The notes beneath the pieces are model-generated. The model was not told where the DNA came from and made no database searches. It saw only the letters and a list, made by a program, of their open reading frames with translations. From contig DAITVZ010000002.1 of assembly GCA_036841525.1 (NCBI GenBank), positions 5,693-69,692 on the forward strand: a DNA stretch of 64,000 nt, read 5' to 3'. Below are positions 49,090 through 58,275 of the stretch, one piece after another. Positions within the stretch are counted from its first letter, which is position 1, and each line of letters begins with the position of its first letter. The position numbers and the translations under genes were made by a program. Origin of the DNA: Chloroflexota bacterium. GTDB lineage: Bacteria; Chloroflexota; Anaerolineae; JAAYEA01.

Positions 49090-50373
49090 TCACTGCAAGA
49101 ACTTGAGCTTCAGGGCCTCGATCTCGCCGTCGCCGATGGGCACGAGTTTGCCCAGGGGCAGGATGTCCAGCACCGACTTGGCGCTGAACTCGGCCACCTC
49201 CAGCCGGTCAAAGGCTTGCAGAACGTCGCCCCCGACGGACAGCACGCAGTCGTTCTGCACAAACATCACCGGCGTCTCGCCGGAGAGGGCCGCGGCGATC
49301 CTGCCCGGATCGCGATATTGCGCCCCATAGGAGATCAAGGGGATATCGCGCAGCAGAATATAGCTCTCCGGTATAGTCCTCGTATCGAAGGGCTGCCCGG
49401 CGATGGCAAAGGCCATCACATGGGGTGGCTGGGCGATGAGGATCGCCCCGATCTCCGGGTGCGCCTCATAGATCGCCTGATGCAAGCGCGCCGAGCGGCT
49501 GGGGTGCTTTCCACGCTCCCTTCTGCCCTCCCGGATCAGCACCAGATCCTCGATCTCCATGGAGCGCCGATCTTGGCCGGTCGGCGTGATGATAAAGCTA
49601 TCCGCATCCACCCGGGCAGAGGCCACTCCCTCGGTGCTGATCATCAGATACCGATCGCAGGCCCGGTGCACGATCTCGACGATCCGGCCCCGAACCTCCC
49701 GCTCCGGACTCGTGTGCTCTGCCGGGTCAAACTCGGGCAGAAGGCTCTCCCGCCCATCGAAATAGGCGATCTGCTCCTCGCTCAGGCGATGGACAGGGCC
49801 CAGACCCCGCGCCTGCAGCAACGTGCGGGCACAGAAATCCAGTGTCTCCAGCCGCTGAAAGGCAGCCCGGAGGTCCTCGCCGCCCGCGGCGATGCCGTGG
49901 TTCTCCAACAAGACCGTCTCATAGCCCTGCGCAAAGGTCTCCGCGATCACCTCTCCGAGCGCCTCGCTGCCGGGCAACGCGTAAGGCGCATAGCCCACCG
50001 CCCCGCATATCCGCCGGGCCTGCGGGATGATGTCGGTCACCGGCGTCTCTCGCATGATGCTGAACGACACCAGCGCCGGGGGGTGCGCGTGCACGATGGC
50101 GCGGAGGTCGGGCCGCCGCGCATAGATGGCGCGATGGAAGGGGTACTCGGAGGAGGGGCGGTGCGGCCCGACGATGCGGCCATCCGCCTGCACGCACATG
50201 ATGTCCTTGGGCGTGAGCGCGCCTTTGTCCACCCCCGCCGGCGTGATCCAGATGTCGTCGTTGGTGTCCCGAATGGACAGGTTCCCCCCGGAGAGGGTGG
50301 TCATGTTGTTACGATAGATGCGCTCCATGATGGCGACCAATTGGTCGCGCGGGTGCAGCAGGTGGAATCTCAT
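49090..50373 (-). CDS. tandem-fused class II aldolase/adducin-domain protein (two aldolase-II-like units; fuculose-/ribulose-phosphate aldolase-like)
   Basis: First unit carries the SGGNLSIRD N-terminal motif and the metal-binding histidine block HAHPPAL. Second unit (residues about 215-427) repeats the fold (ISTEGVASAR...IITPTG..., HPEIGAILIAQPPHV). Confidence 0.75.
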   Translation of the reverse strand: MRFHLLHPRDQLVAIMERIYRNNMTTLSGGNLSIRDTNDDIWITPAGVDKGALTPKDIMCVQADGRIVGPHRPSSEYPFHRAIYARRPDLRAIVHAHPPALVSFSIMRETPVTDIIPQARRICGAVGYAPYALPGSEALGEVIAETFAQGYETVLLENHGIAAGGEDLRAAFQRLETLDFCARTLLQARGLGPVHRLSEEQIAYFDGRESLLPEFDPAEHTSPEREVRGRIVEIVHRACDRYLMISTEGVASARVDADSFIITPTGQDRRSMEIEDLVLIREGRRERGKHPSRSARLHQAIYEAHPEIGAILIAQPPHVMAFAIAGQPFDTRTIPESYILLRDIPLISYGAQYRDPGRIAAALSGETPVMFVQNDCVLSVGGDVLQAFDRLEVAEFSAKSVLDILPLGKLVPIGDGEIEALKLKFLQ

Positions 50374-50398
50374 CGTCGCCTCCGGCTCGCAAGCCAGG

Positions 50399-50923
50399 TC
50401 AACCAGCGCGGCGCACGGCCTCCACGAGATCCGCCAGGGTCAAGCATTCGGCCTCGGCATAGCGCGCCACCATCTCGCCGAGATGGGCGCGCTGCGGTCC
50501 CAGCGCCGCCTGCAACGCGACCAGGGCCCCGTCGCCTTGCTCGGCAAAGCGCTCGAGCTCCGGCAGGGGTATCCGCTGCCCGAGCAAGGCCAGCGCATCG
50601 GCGCCGCGCAGTGAGCGATCCAGGCGCGAGAGGAGCGGCAGACCGGCGCGATGGTCGTGCGCCGCGATGGCCCGCAGCCCCTCGGGCGGCAGGCTCTCGC
50701 CCAGCATCTCGGCGGCCACGAGGCCATGCCGCGAGAGGTCCGCGGACGTGGCAGGGAGGTCGATGTCGTGGAGGATGCCCACGGTCTCCCACAGCTCGCC
50801 GTCCTCGCCGAATCGCCGCGCGAGCTCGCGCATGATCCGCCCCACCAAGAGCGAATGCTCCGCCTTGGGGGACTCGCCCAGCTCCCGCCGCATGACTGCC
50901 ACGGCCTCCGCCACGCTCAGCAT
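50399..50923 (-). CDS. HD-domain phosphohydrolase-like protein
   Basis: H...HD metal-binding signature (LLVGRIMRELARRFGED...VGILHDIDLP) in a 174-aa protein. Confidence 0.65.
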   Translation of the reverse strand: MLSVAEAVAVMRRELGESPKAEHSLLVGRIMRELARRFGEDGELWETVGILHDIDLPATSADLSRHGLVAAEMLGESLPPEGLRAIAAHDHRAGLPLLSRLDRSLRGADALALLGQRIPLPELERFAEQGDGALVALQAALGPQRAHLGEMVARYAEAECLTLADLVEAVRRAG

Positions 50924-50935
50924 TCCCCCTCCGCC

Positions 50936-51793
50936 CTAACCCAGTGCTTTGACCCACGCCTCGAAGAGCGAAGGCCAACCGGCAACGGCGCCGCCCTTCA
51001 CGCCCAGGCCAAAACCATGCCCGCCGCGCTCAAAGAGATGCATCTCGACCGGAACCTTGGCGGCGCGCAGGCCCTGGAAGAAGGACACGCTCCCCTCCAC
51101 CGGCAGGTGGTCATCGCACGCCTGCACGATAAAGGCCGGCGGCGTCTGCGCCGAGATGGCCATGAGGTGCTTCTCGCGAATCCCCGGGTAGACGGGCAGC
51201 AGGAAATCGGGGCGAGAGCTGAAGCGTTCCACCGCGTCAGCGGCATCAGCTCGCCCCTCGGCCCAGTTCGTGCCGAGGCTGGCCACCAGGTGCCCACCGG
51301 CCGAGAACCCCATCGCGCCGATCCTCTTTGGATCCAGGCCCCAAGCCTGCGCGCGGCTGCGCGCGATCTGCATGGCGCGGCGCGCATCGGCCTCGCCGGC
51401 GGCGATCGCGTTCACACGGTCATCGGGGCTGCCGGTGCGGTACTTGACCACAAAGGCCGCCACGCCCAGCCCGTTCAGCCAGCGCGCCACATCCCAGCCC
51501 TCCTTGTCGATGGCAAGGTGCTGGAAAGCGCCGCCGGGGAAAACCACAATGGCCATGCCGGTCGCCTGATCCTGCGGCGGCAGGAAGGCTTGCATGGTGG
51601 GGCGCGTCACCCCCTTGATCGCTCGATTGCGCTGGTGGCCGGGGCCCTCGAGCTCTCGCACCAGCACCTGCTCTTCCGCGGCGCAGTTCCAGCCGGGAAC
51701 CTCGCCGGGCCACAGAGGCTCGGCAACCTGAAGCATTGGATCCGTGCTGTCCCAGGCGAACGGGCTGGGTCGCGCGGGTAGATTGGTGGCCAT
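50936..51793 (-). CDS. alpha/beta hydrolase (esterase/lipase, fold-3-like)
   Basis: Nucleophile elbow GFSAGGHL and an HGGG-like oxyanion region (VVFPGGAF). Start at MATNLP, 144 nt inside the tool ORF, with a GAGGAG ribosome-binding site. Confidence 0.8.
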   Translation of the reverse strand: MATNLPARPSPFAWDSTDPMLQVAEPLWPGEVPGWNCAAEEQVLVRELEGPGHQRNRAIKGVTRPTMQAFLPPQDQATGMAIVVFPGGAFQHLAIDKEGWDVARWLNGLGVAAFVVKYRTGSPDDRVNAIAAGEADARRAMQIARSRAQAWGLDPKRIGAMGFSAGGHLVASLGTNWAEGRADAADAVERFSSRPDFLLPVYPGIREKHLMAISAQTPPAFIVQACDDHLPVEGSVSFFQGLRAAKVPVEMHLFERGGHGFGLGVKGGAVAGWPSLFEAWVKALG

Positions 51794-51860
51794 GGCATCT
51801 CCTCGGGCTAGGTTGTCTCGCCGGCCTGACCCATGGGGGCCAAGCTGGCTCGCGAGCTGC

Positions 51861-51889
51861 ATCATATCCCGGGAGCGGCGCAGCGACAA
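51861..51889 (-). promoter_or_regulatory. sigma70-like promoter on the minus strand for the alpha/beta hydrolase gene (TTGTCG-17 nt-TATGAT)
   Basis: Reverse complement reads TTGTCG ctgcgccgctcccggga TATGAT. A hairpin GGCGGGG-N14-CCCCGCC (51898-51925) just upstream may terminate the small ORF. Confidence 0.4.
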
Positions 51890-51952
51890 ATGGCAGAGGC
51901 GGGGCCTGGCACGCAGAACCCCGCCTCTGAGCGTCACTTGGTCCGTCTTTGG

Positions 51953-52174
51953 CTAGCCGAGCGCCCTCAGGTCCGCGTCGATGGCCGCGAGCTTTTCCCT
52001 GGTCAGCCCCGCTGCCGCCGCTTCTGGATAGTACGAGACGGACTTGAGCGTCTCATAGTACACGTCATAGATGTTCGGATGCCTGGACGCGCCAGGGATG
52101 TGCTTCTCCACCACCGCCTTGGCTCGCTCATCGGCGAGCAAGTCCTTGATCGTCGAGTTCATCGAGAACGCCAT
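51953..52174 (-). CDS. hypothetical small protein (73 aa)
   Basis: ORF MAFSMNSTIKDLLADERAKAVVEKHIPGASRHPNIYDVYYETLKSVSYYPEAAAAGL... lies between two hydrolase genes, with a hairpin downstream. No recognised family. Confidence 0.35.
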   Translation of the reverse strand: MAFSMNSTIKDLLADERAKAVVEKHIPGASRHPNIYDVYYETLKSVSYYPEAAAAGLTREKLAAIDADLRALG

Positions 52175-52258
52175 CTCTCTCCTCTCTTTCCTTGATAGTT
52201 GTGATGCTGGTCACTCGTATCTGGTCCGACACCGGCTGTTTCGTGCGCCGGCGCTGCC

Positions 52259-54430
52259 CTAACCCAGAGCGCCCTGCAGCGCCATCAGGGCCCGGATATC
52301 TCCCGCGATCTTGATCTTGCCGGTCATGTAGGCCACCATCGGGTTCAGCTCGCCCCGGAGGAGCTTCATGGCGTCCTCCGCCTGCATGGTGACCGTCGCC
52401 GTCGCCTCTCCAGCCCCGGGGCCGGCCTCTGCGCGGCAAGCGCCGCTCTCAAAGACGAAGCGATACAGCCGCCCCTCGCCCAGGTCGAACTTGAGCACGG
52501 CGTTGAGGCCGGGGTTCTTGCCGTTCAGCTTGGCCGCCAACGCCAGAAAGGCCTCGGGCACCACGGGTTGAGGCGGAGCAGGCGGCTCCGGCGCGCGCTG
52601 CGGCGCCACGCCTTGCTGAGCAGCCGTCACGCCAGTGGGCTGAGCCCAGCGCTCGCGCAAAAAGTGCGCGGCCATCTTGGGGCGGCGGTCCCGCGTGAAA
52701 ACGCCCTTTCGGTTCATCCCTCCGGCGCGCATCGGGCTCTGCCCGACCTTAAAGTCGGCGAAATTCCAGACGTGCAGCCCCGCCACATAGGGCCGCGCCG
52801 CCGCCACATCCAGATAGCGTCGCAGCATCTCCACCTGGTACTCCTCGCTCCAGACCTCCGGCGGGTCAGCATGCACGCCAGCGAGCGAGTCGGCGCCGAA
52901 TTCGCTGATCACGATGGGCTTGCCCAACTGCTGGTGCAGCCCATCCAGCTCTTGCGCCAGCATCCGGGCCCCCTCATCGAGCTGCCCGGCCTGGACGTAC
53001 CAGCCCCAGTAGCGGTTGATGAACACCACATCCGCCAGCGCCATCCACTCCACCGGGCACCCCATCACCGCCGCCGATGTGGCTGGCCGGGTGGGATCCA
53101 GATCGCGCACCACGCTGTAAAGCTCGCGGAAGAAGGCGAGGGCCGAGGCGTCCGCCGCGTTGGGCTCGTTCCGCCCGCCGTCGCCGCCCATCATCCGCCG
53201 CATCGCGTTGGGAGGCATCGGCTCGTTGGCCACGCTCCACATGATCACGCTGGGATGGTTCTTGTCGCGCGCCACCAGCTCGCGCAGTTGCCGCTTGCAC
53301 AGCCCCAAGCGCGTCTGGATATTCTCCTCGCCGTCCTCGAAGAACAGCCCCACCGCCGGGATCTCGTCCACCACCAGGGTGCCCTCGCGATCGGCGATGT
53401 CCATGGCCTCATCCGAGTAGGGATAATGGGAGGTCCGGTACGAGTTGGCGCCGATCCACTTGAAGAGCGCGGCGTCCTTGATGATCAGGGGCATGTTCAG
53501 ACCGCGGCCGTGCACCGGGAAATCCTCGTGCTTGCCAAAGCCCTTCAGCATAATCGGCTTGCCATTGAGCAGCAGTCGATCGCCTTGCACGCTGATGGTC
53601 CGGATGCCCACGGGCAGCCGATAGCGATCGATGACCTCCCCCGCGTCAAGCGTCACCTCCAGATCGTAGAGGAAGGGGTTGTCCGGGGACCAGAGGCGCG
53701 CCTTGGGCACGCGGATCGCCGCCTCCGCGACGCTCCCTTGGAAGGACAGAGGCGCGTCGGCCTCGAAACCCTGCCCCCGCACCCTCACACGTCCGGCGCC
53801 GCCCTCGCCACGTTGGATGACCTCGACGTCCACGATGCCATCCTCGCCGACCAGCACCGTGTTCACGGTGACGTCCTCGATGCGCCTAGGGGGGACCGCG
53901 AAAAGGATCACGGGGCGATGCAAGCCCCCGTAGGGGAAAAAGTCGAAATTGGTGCTGGGGAACCCGCTCATAAAGCCACCGAAACCGCCGCGGGCCACGT
54001 TGCCTGGCGGCACCCGCGTCGGCTTGAGCTCGTTCTCCACACCGATGGCGATGAGGTTTTCTGCACCCCACCTGACCTGCGGGGTGATCTCCAGGTCGAA
54101 GGGCAAGTGCCCGCCCTCGTGCGAGCCCACTATCTCCCCGTTGATCCACACCTTGGCAGCATAGTTGGCGGAGCCAACGCGCACGAACAGCTCCTGGCCA
54201 TTCCATCCACTGGGCACATAGAACGCGCGCGCATACCAGGCCAACCCCATATAGTCGCGCGTGTCCTGGAACTGCTCGTTCCAACTCCCCGGCACCGCGA
54301 TCTGGCGCGGAGCGCTCAGCCCGTGCTGCCAGCCCTCCGCCTCGCCGACCTGCCCGGGATCGAGCTGGAACCCCCAGAAACCCGACAGGTCCAGCAAGTT
54401 GCGAATATCGTTCTGCTGCGGGTAGAGCAT
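52259..54430 (-). CDS. GH2 beta-glucuronidase-like enzyme with C-terminal SCP2 sterol-carrier domain
   Basis: The N-terminus MLYPQQNDIRNLLDLSGFWGFQLD...IAVPGSWNEQF parallels the E. coli GusA start (MLRPVETPTREIKKLDGLWAFSLD...IAVPGSFNDQF). The GH2 catalytic region includes WSVANE. The last roughly 110 aa form an SCP2 fold (YMTGKIKIAGDIRALMAL). Start at MLYPQQ with an AAGGAGGT ribosome-binding site, 141 nt inside the tool ORF. Confidence 0.8.
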   Translation of the reverse strand: MLYPQQNDIRNLLDLSGFWGFQLDPGQVGEAEGWQHGLSAPRQIAVPGSWNEQFQDTRDYMGLAWYARAFYVPSGWNGQELFVRVGSANYAAKVWINGEIVGSHEGGHLPFDLEITPQVRWGAENLIAIGVENELKPTRVPPGNVARGGFGGFMSGFPSTNFDFFPYGGLHRPVILFAVPPRRIEDVTVNTVLVGEDGIVDVEVIQRGEGGAGRVRVRGQGFEADAPLSFQGSVAEAAIRVPKARLWSPDNPFLYDLEVTLDAGEVIDRYRLPVGIRTISVQGDRLLLNGKPIMLKGFGKHEDFPVHGRGLNMPLIIKDAALFKWIGANSYRTSHYPYSDEAMDIADREGTLVVDEIPAVGLFFEDGEENIQTRLGLCKRQLRELVARDKNHPSVIMWSVANEPMPPNAMRRMMGGDGGRNEPNAADASALAFFRELYSVVRDLDPTRPATSAAVMGCPVEWMALADVVFINRYWGWYVQAGQLDEGARMLAQELDGLHQQLGKPIVISEFGADSLAGVHADPPEVWSEEYQVEMLRRYLDVAAARPYVAGLHVWNFADFKVGQSPMRAGGMNRKGVFTRDRRPKMAAHFLRERWAQPTGVTAAQQGVAPQRAPEPPAPPQPVVPEAFLALAAKLNGKNPGLNAVLKFDLGEGRLYRFVFESGACRAEAGPGAGEATATVTMQAEDAMKLLRGELNPMVAYMTGKIKIAGDIRALMALQGALG

Positions 54431-54602
54431 CGGTACCTCCTTGTTCCCATGCCGGATGGCCCCTATTATCCGCAGCCAGGCCGATCTGTCAAGTCCTGCC
54501 GGGGCGGCAACTTGACGATCGGGCGATTGCGTGCTTAACTGGCCTGGCAGCCGCGCGGACGCCTTCGCCACGGCAGCTTCGGCATCAGGATGGGAGGTCC
54601 AG

Positions 54603-55529
54603 ATGACCCTATCGCCCTGCCCAGAGCGAACAGTTCAGGCCAACGGAATCGAGATCTGCTACGAGGCCTTCGGCAGCCCCAGCGACCCGCCTTTACTGCT
54701 GATCATGGGCCTCGGCGGACAGATGATCTCCTGGGACGATGGTTTCTGCCAGGCGCTCGCCGACCAAGGCCTCTATGTCATCCGCTTTGATAACCGCGAC
54801 GCGGGCCGCTCCACCCGCTTTGACCAGGCGCCCTCGCCCAGCACCACCGACATGATACGCGCGACCCTGTTCAGAAGCCCCCTCCACGCGCCCTACACGC
54901 TGCGCGACATGGCCGACGATGCCGCCGGGCTTCTCTCGGCGCTGGGCATCGAGTCAGCTCACCTCGCGGGGATCTCCATGGGCGGCATGATCGCCCAGAC
55001 GGTGGCGATCCATCACCCCGACAAGGTTCGCTCGCTGATCTCCATGATGTCCAGTGTGGGCGACCCGGAGCGGGGGCTGTTGGTGCGACCCAAGATCCTG
55101 CTGGCTTTGCTACAGGCGGGCCCTCGAGACCGTGAGGCGCAGCAGGAGCGGGCTGTCGAGATCATGCGGATGATCAGCGGGCCCGGATTTCCCATCGATG
55201 AGGAGCGCGTCCGGGCTGGCGCCGCTCGCTCCTTCGAGCGAGGCGCCCCGCCCAGCGGCACGGCGCGCCAGTTGGCCGCCATCGTGGCCTCGGGGAGCCG
55301 CCGCCAGGCGCTTGGCGGCATCACCGCGCCGACTTTGGTCATCCACGGCGAGGCCGACCCCCTCCTCTCCGTCGAGGGTGGCATCGCCACGGCCAAGGCC
55401 ATCCCTGGCGCCAAGTTGCTGATTATCCCCGGCATGGGCCACGGCATCCCGCACGCCGCCGCGCCACAGATCGTTGATGCCATCATCGAACACATCACCG
55501 CTGCCGAGAAAGGAATCGTCCATGGCTGA
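54603..55529 (+). CDS. alpha/beta hydrolase
   Basis: HGxGG-like region (LLLIMGLGGQ) and nucleophile elbow GISMGGMIA. ATG at 54603 with a GGGAGG ribosome-binding site. Confidence 0.8.
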   Translation: MTLSPCPERTVQANGIEICYEAFGSPSDPPLLLIMGLGGQMISWDDGFCQALADQGLYVIRFDNRDAGRSTRFDQAPSPSTTDMIRATLFRSPLHAPYTLRDMADDAAGLLSALGIESAHLAGISMGGMIAQTVAIHHPDKVRSLISMMSSVGDPERGLLVRPKILLALLQAGPRDREAQQERAVEIMRMISGPGFPIDEERVRAGAARSFERGAPPSGTARQLAAIVASGSRRQALGGITAPTLVIHGEADPLLSVEGGIATAKAIPGAKLLIIPGMGHGIPHAAAPQIVDAIIEHITAAEKGIVHG

Positions 55530-56964
55530 TCGCGTCGATCGCTCCTTGGCCAACCTGCTGGAGGCCCCGCGGGATAGCGAGGATCACGCCCTTGCGGCGC
55601 GCTACGCGCCGGTCATCCGCTTCAACGACCGCGAGCCCTTCTTGCCCTTGGCCGCGGGCTATACCATCTTTCGCGAAACGGGCGACTCGCCCTCTTTTCG
55701 CCAAGGCCGCCACATCGCGCTGGTCGCGCCGGGGCAGCCGCCAGCCGCTCTGGCCATCGAGTATGCCATCTGGTGGGACTGGGATATCGGTCATCTCTAC
55801 GAGCTGGAACACGCCTGGGTCTACGTGGATGAGCGAGGCCAGGTGGTCCGCTGCGAGGCGAGCTGGCACGGCGGCCACCACGACATGCGCTGGCAGGGCC
55901 GCATCGAGCTGGAGGGCGACCACCCCGTGCTCTATAGCGAGCCGGGCAAGCACGCCTTTGCGCCGACCACCGACTGGTTCGCCGAGCGCCGCGCCAAGCT
56001 TCCGCGTTCGGAGACCAGCGAACTGGCTGGGATGAGCGGGGTGCTCATGGCCACTTACTTGGAGGGTCACGTCCACCCCGCGCCGCTGCACACCACCCTG
56101 GTGCGCACCTTCCTCCAGCAGCACGCCTTCGAGCCCGCCCCCTCCTTCGGCAAGCGTTTTGCGATCACCGCCGACATGCTGGTCCCCTGGCCAGCGCTGG
56201 AGGCCTGGATGCCCCAGCGAATCAATCACTGGCTGGAGCGCCTCGAGCGCGAGATCCCCAGGGTGGACTACCGCTTCTTGCGCATCGGCCACCGCGGCGC
56301 CCGAGCCCACGCGCCCGATAACACCATCGCCGGATTCCGCAAGGCGGTGGGGCTAGGCGCGGATATGGTCGAGATCGATGTGCAGCGCACGGCCGACGGC
56401 GAGATCGTCGTCGTGCACGACGGCAGCCTGTCCGATGCGGCGGGGCGGCACTGGCCCATTGGCAAGAGCACTCTCGCCCAGCTCAGAGCCATCGACCTGG
56501 GCGGCGGCGAGCGGATCCCCACCCTCTCGGAGGCGCTGCTCCATTGCCGCGACGCCGGGCTGGGTGTCTACATCGAGATCAAGGATGGCGGCGCCGTCCG
56601 CGGCGTGGTGGATTTCCTCGTCGAGCACGAACTGGAACAGCACTTCTGGGTCGGCTCTTTCCGCCCAGACTGGCTGGCCGAGGCCAAGGCTGTCGCGCCA
56701 CAGGTCGTAACCTCCATCCTCTTTGGCTCCGCCGAGCTGGATCCCGTCAAGCTGGCCCAGTCCATCGGCGCCGACTATGTGCATCCTTGCTGGGGCGGCC
56801 GTCCCAACTCGAGCCAACTGGTGACGCCCCAATGGATGGCCCGGGTGCGCGAGGCCGGGCTGGGCGTGGTCATCTGGAACGAGGAGCGCCCATCCGAGAT
56901 CGCCGCGCTGCGGCAGATCGGCGTGGATGGGGTCTGCAGCGACGCTCCCGAACTGCTCAGATAG
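55522..56964 (+). CDS. two-domain protein: N-terminal domain of unknown function plus C-terminal glycerophosphodiester phosphodiesterase (GDPD) domain
   Basis: The C-terminal roughly 230 aa carry GDPD blocks (IGHRGARAHAPDNT, ADMVEIDVQRTADGEIVVVHD, GVYIEIK). The N-terminal roughly 250 aa are unassigned. The start overlaps the upstream stop by 8 nt. Confidence 0.7.
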   Translation: MADRVDRSLANLLEAPRDSEDHALAARYAPVIRFNDREPFLPLAAGYTIFRETGDSPSFRQGRHIALVAPGQPPAALAIEYAIWWDWDIGHLYELEHAWVYVDERGQVVRCEASWHGGHHDMRWQGRIELEGDHPVLYSEPGKHAFAPTTDWFAERRAKLPRSETSELAGMSGVLMATYLEGHVHPAPLHTTLVRTFLQQHAFEPAPSFGKRFAITADMLVPWPALEAWMPQRINHWLERLEREIPRVDYRFLRIGHRGARAHAPDNTIAGFRKAVGLGADMVEIDVQRTADGEIVVVHDGSLSDAAGRHWPIGKSTLAQLRAIDLGGGERIPTLSEALLHCRDAGLGVYIEIKDGGAVRGVVDFLVEHELEQHFWVGSFRPDWLAEAKAVAPQVVTSILFGSAELDPVKLAQSIGADYVHPCWGGRPNSSQLVTPQWMARVREAGLGVVIWNEERPSEIAALRQIGVDGVCSDAPELLR

Positions 56965-56972
56965 GAGTCGAT

Positions 56973-58271
56973 ATGCCCGACCGGCCCAACATCCTGCTTA
57001 TCCTGGCCGACCAGCTCTACTCCGGCGCCCTGAGCGCCGTCGGCAACCCCTGGGTCAGCACCCCACACCTGGATTCCTTGGCCCTGGGCGGCGCGCGCTT
57101 CTGCCGCGCCTACTGCACCGCGCCGGTGTGCGGCCCCGCCCGCGCCAGCCTCCTCACCGGGCGCATGCCCCACGCCCTCGGGGTGGACTATAACCACGAT
57201 CCCCTCAGCCCCGCTGTTCCAGACCTGGGCCACCTCATCCGCCGCGCGGGCTATGATACGGCCTATGTGGGCAAGTGGGGGCTCAAGACCCAGCCGGGCT
57301 CGCCGGGGTTCGACTTTCCGCCGCTTCCCGCCGGGACGCGCCTGCGCTTGGGGCTGGAGAGCGACGACGCCATCGCCGACACAGCGGCGGCCTATATCCG
57401 CGAGCCAAGGGAACGCCCCTTCCTACTGGCCGTGGGCCTCACCAACCCCCATGATATCTGCTACTGGGTGATGAACGAGGATCTGGGCATCCCCACCGAG
57501 GGCGCGCTGCCGCCCTTGCCGCCCAATTTCGGCATCCTGGCCGACGAGCCGGAATTCGTCCAGCGCTGTCGGGCGCGGCTTCATTACGGCCAGGAGGTCT
57601 CGTATACCCTCAAGTGGGATGAGGCGCGCTGGCGCAGGTATCTCTATACCTATTACCGCCTGGTGGAGCGCGTCGATGCCAGCATCGGGCGCATCTTGGA
57701 CGCGCTGCGAGAGGCTGGGCACGAAGAGGACACCCTCGTGGTCCTCACCAGCGACCATGGCGAGGGCGTCGCCGCCCACCATTGGGTGGTCAAGCTGGTG
57801 TTCTACGAGGAGCCGGCGGTGATCCCCTTGCTGCTGCGCTGGCCGAGGGTGATCCCCGCTGGCTGGACGGACAGCCAGCGCCTGGTCTCCGGTCTGGATC
57901 TTCTGCCTACGCTCTGCGCAGTGGCCGGAGCGACGCCGCCTGAGGGGATCGAGGGTCGCAGTCTGCTCTCGCTTCTGTCAAGTTCAGATCAGACCATTCA
58001 CGATTATGTCATTTCCGAGCTGCAGCCTGACCCCGAGCACCGGGACTTGGGCGGACGCATGTTGGTGACGCCCCGCTGCAAGTATTGCGCCTTCTCCGAG
58101 GGCGCTCGACCTGAGCTGCTCTTCGATCTGGCCGCCGACCCTGGTGAGACGCACAACCTGGCTACCGACCCCGATCACGCCACGGCTCTTTTGGAGCACC
58201 GCCGCCTGCTGCGCGAGTGGATGAGCGCCCACGGCGATCCGCTGGCCCTGCCCACCCTCCAACAAGGATAG
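56973..58271 (+). CDS. sulfatase (formylglycine-dependent, Cys-type)
   Basis: Sulfatase signature CTAPVCGPARASLLTGR (C-x-P-x-R) near the N-terminus and GKW metal/substrate block. 432 aa. AGGAG ribosome-binding site. Confidence 0.85.
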   Translation: MPDRPNILLILADQLYSGALSAVGNPWVSTPHLDSLALGGARFCRAYCTAPVCGPARASLLTGRMPHALGVDYNHDPLSPAVPDLGHLIRRAGYDTAYVGKWGLKTQPGSPGFDFPPLPAGTRLRLGLESDDAIADTAAAYIREPRERPFLLAVGLTNPHDICYWVMNEDLGIPTEGALPPLPPNFGILADEPEFVQRCRARLHYGQEVSYTLKWDEARWRRYLYTYYRLVERVDASIGRILDALREAGHEEDTLVVLTSDHGEGVAAHHWVVKLVFYEEPAVIPLLLRWPRVIPAGWTDSQRLVSGLDLLPTLCAVAGATPPEGIEGRSLLSLLSSSDQTIHDYVISELQPDPEHRDLGGRMLVTPRCKYCAFSEGARPELLFDLAADPGETHNLATDPDHATALLEHRRLLREWMSAHGDPLALPTLQQG

Positions 58272-58275
58272 CGAC

